Under the pieces are notes generated by a model. That model was not told the origin of the DNA. It saw only the letters and a program-made list of their open reading frames with translations, and did no database searches. From assembly GCF_000143415.4 (NCBI RefSeq), contig NW_003314396.1:38895-102894 (forward strand): a stretch of DNA of 64,000 nucleotides, read 5' to 3'. Origin of the DNA: Selaginella moellendorffii (taxonomy: Eukaryota; Plantae; Lycopodiophyta). Below, one piece after another: positions 61,666-64,000 of the stretch (the stretch's first letter is position 1; every line of letters starts with the position of its first letter). The translations under genes and the position numbers were made by a program.

Positions 61666-64000
61666 TGTGAGACACAAAATCCCTAGGCCCCAAAGTGGAG
61701 CCGGAAGGGCGCCACATGGTAGTGGCCGAAGCGAGAGCCAAACGAGCGTAACACGTCTGGACCAAAAGCTCCAACTTGAAAAGTCAAGAGCGGGAGTGGA
61801 ACTCCCAATGAAGTGCTCGAGGAACGAGCACGAAGCGAGCAAAAGGCGAGGCTCCAAAAAGGGGACCCAAAAGGACCAACACATGACACGTGGGAGTGTC
61901 CGAGATGGAGTCCGAAGTGGAGTCCGAGGTGGACCCGAGATGGACCCGAAATGGAGTCCGAGATGGACCCGAGATGGAGTCCGAGATGGAGTCCGAGATG
62001 GACCCGAGATGGACCCGAGATGGAGTCCGAGATGGAGTCCGAGATGGACCCGAGATGGAGTCCGAGATGGAGTCCGAGATGGAGTCCGAGATGGACCCGA
62101 GATGGAGTCCGAGATGGAGTCCGAGATGGACCCGAGATGGACCCGAAATAGAGTCCGAGATGGAGTCCGAGATGGACCCGAGATGGAGTCCGAGATGGAG
62201 TCCGAGATGGAGTCCGAGATGGAGTCCGAGATGGAGTCCGAGATGGAGTCCGAGACCGGAACCGAGACCGGGACCGAGACCGAGACCGAGACCGAGATCG
62301 GGACCGAGACCGAGACCGAGATCGGGACCGAGACCGAGACCGAGGCCGAGCCCGAGACCGAGCCCGAGCCCGAGTCCGAGTCCGAGTCCGAGTCCGAGTC
62401 CGAGTCCGAGTCCGGAGCCTGAGAGGGTGAAAGCCCAAAGCGTTCGTCTCCCAGACCCTGGGGGGTTTGGTGAGCTCCAAAAGTATAGTAGGGGGAGGAC
62501 TGCAGTGGAGCCAGTTTGGCCAGGAAAGGCCAGTTTGGCCCAGGAAGGCCGGACCCAGTGTTGGGTGATGAGATGCCCACTGGGAAGTCCAAGACTAGAG
62601 TGAACACGGACCGACAAGCGGGGTAGCTTGGTGAAGTGTTCAAGAGCCGGCTCTAGTTCCCCCGGGAGATCGACTGGCCGATGCTCCCAGTCCAAGTGTG
62701 GGTGGCACTACCTACTTGGATACCAGGTGTGGCTCAACGGAACCTCGCTCTAAGCCCATGGCTAGAGCACCCAAGGGCAGAAGGCGAGGAGAGTACCCAG
62801 GTGGCTCGCGTAAGGCCACGGTGTTCTGAAATGTTGTCCCAAAGGCCTAGACTGTGGAAAGGAAGAGGAGCAGTCCTCTGGGGTAGTGACCAAGGACACA
62901 GTCGTGTGGTGAGGAAGTCCCAGAGGACCATGGGACTTAGTGGTCGGGCCTGTGGGCCTCGATCCAGTGGCAGTGTTGGCAAACACGGCCAGGGGCAAAA
63001 AGGGACTTGGTAGGAATTGACAAAGGGACTTTGGGGAAGGCGATTCCCCAGGTCTGTGGGCATCCTAAGGATGCTAAGGAGTGGATCTAGGATGACCACT
63101 CGTGGACCGATAGCCCAGTCTTGGAGAGACGGGATGGTGATGCAAGTGGTATTGGACCACTAGTGCAGCAAAGGTGAATGGGCATGGCCTTAGCGTAACG
63201 GGCCGAGATGTCAGTGGTACCTTTGGGTGTCGGTCTTGGGACCGGACATGTGGAGCACTTGGACCAGGTGCAAGTGTTGAGTGGCATGGATGCCATTCTT
63301 GGGGCTAGCAAGTCCCAAGTCCTGAATTGGACTTAAGGAGGTTGTGAGTGAGACTCCTCCAAGTGGTCGAAGGTGTGGTTAAGTGACTAAAGTAGAATGG
63401 AAAAATTAGTCGCTTACAACTTGGTATCGGAGCTGTTCCTTAGTCCGACTTTTATTGGTGCTCAAGTATATCACCACTAGTGTTGGCATCGGAAGGTCCG
63501 AGGAGTGGGCCTATCCTTGAGGAGTAGCAAGTCTGGAAGACATGGCTCTCCATTACAGTTCATGTGTGAACTTGTAGACGAGGTGGTGGATAGAAAAGGG
63601 CCAATAATGGAACGACTTTGGGATCTTGGGAACAGTGCAAGGTTTTCCTCATTGAGTTGAGGATGTGATCCGGATGAGCATTTGTCTCAGCAAATTGGCT
63701 TAGGTTGTTGTGGTAAACAACTAAAGTTGGGATCACGGGAAAGATAGAGACTCCAAAACAATAAAGGAGTCGCAAGATTATCCTCATATAGTTGAGGTTG
63801 GTGCTCATGAATGTGAGACCAAAGGTAATGACCGTGGAAGGTCAAATACGGAAGAGGACTCAAGTCCTTGAAATGGTGGCCGGGGCTACTTCTAATAAAT
63901 GCTGGAACAACCCAAGGAGTTGGGGGTGTATTAAGTGGATGAGTTGGTGTTCTCATCACATGGACAAGTAGTCCTAAGGGGCAAAGGTTGCCCCTAGAGA
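61666..64000 (+). mobile_element. Young family B LTR element (5' LTR 61666-63418 plus internal region)
   Basis: TGTGAG...CTTACA termini; PBS TGGTATCGGAGC at ~63422. Confidence 0.92.
61895..62415 (+). repeat. Compound CCGAG-based tandem array in the LTR
   Basis: GAGATGGAGTCC/GAGATGGACCC units, then GAGACC, GAGCCC and GAGTCC hexamers. Confidence 0.92.

Overview
Eukaryotic, plant-like genomic DNA. Bases ~4.3-9.4 kb hold two host genes, both on the minus strand: an intronless GT37 xyloglucan fucosyltransferase and a multi-exon CFAP206 (flagellar protein, which implies a plant with flagellated sperm). The rest is a nested transposon landscape: a Helitron helicase relic, three LTR-retrotransposon families (called A, B and C here), and three copies (17869-30562, 35129-42779, 53064-61665) of a ~12.4 kb DNA transposon with 24-bp TIRs. 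This element is the main finding. It encodes a Sola1-like DDD transposase and, divergently, a spliced ~1,600-aa cargo protein. By motif reading, that protein joins a ParB-N-like domain, a degenerate beta-class DNA methyltransferase-like domain, a disordered linker and an FCP1/NIF-type HAD phosphatase domain. The element also carries ~20 dispersed copies of a 22-bp palindrome, ATGGCRTG-N6-CAYGCCAT, in promoters, in mini-introns next to the 3' splice site, and in coding exons. My hypothesis (inference only) is a transposon-encoded parS/ParB-like self-recognition or anti-silencing system. All domain calls were made by eye, without database searches.
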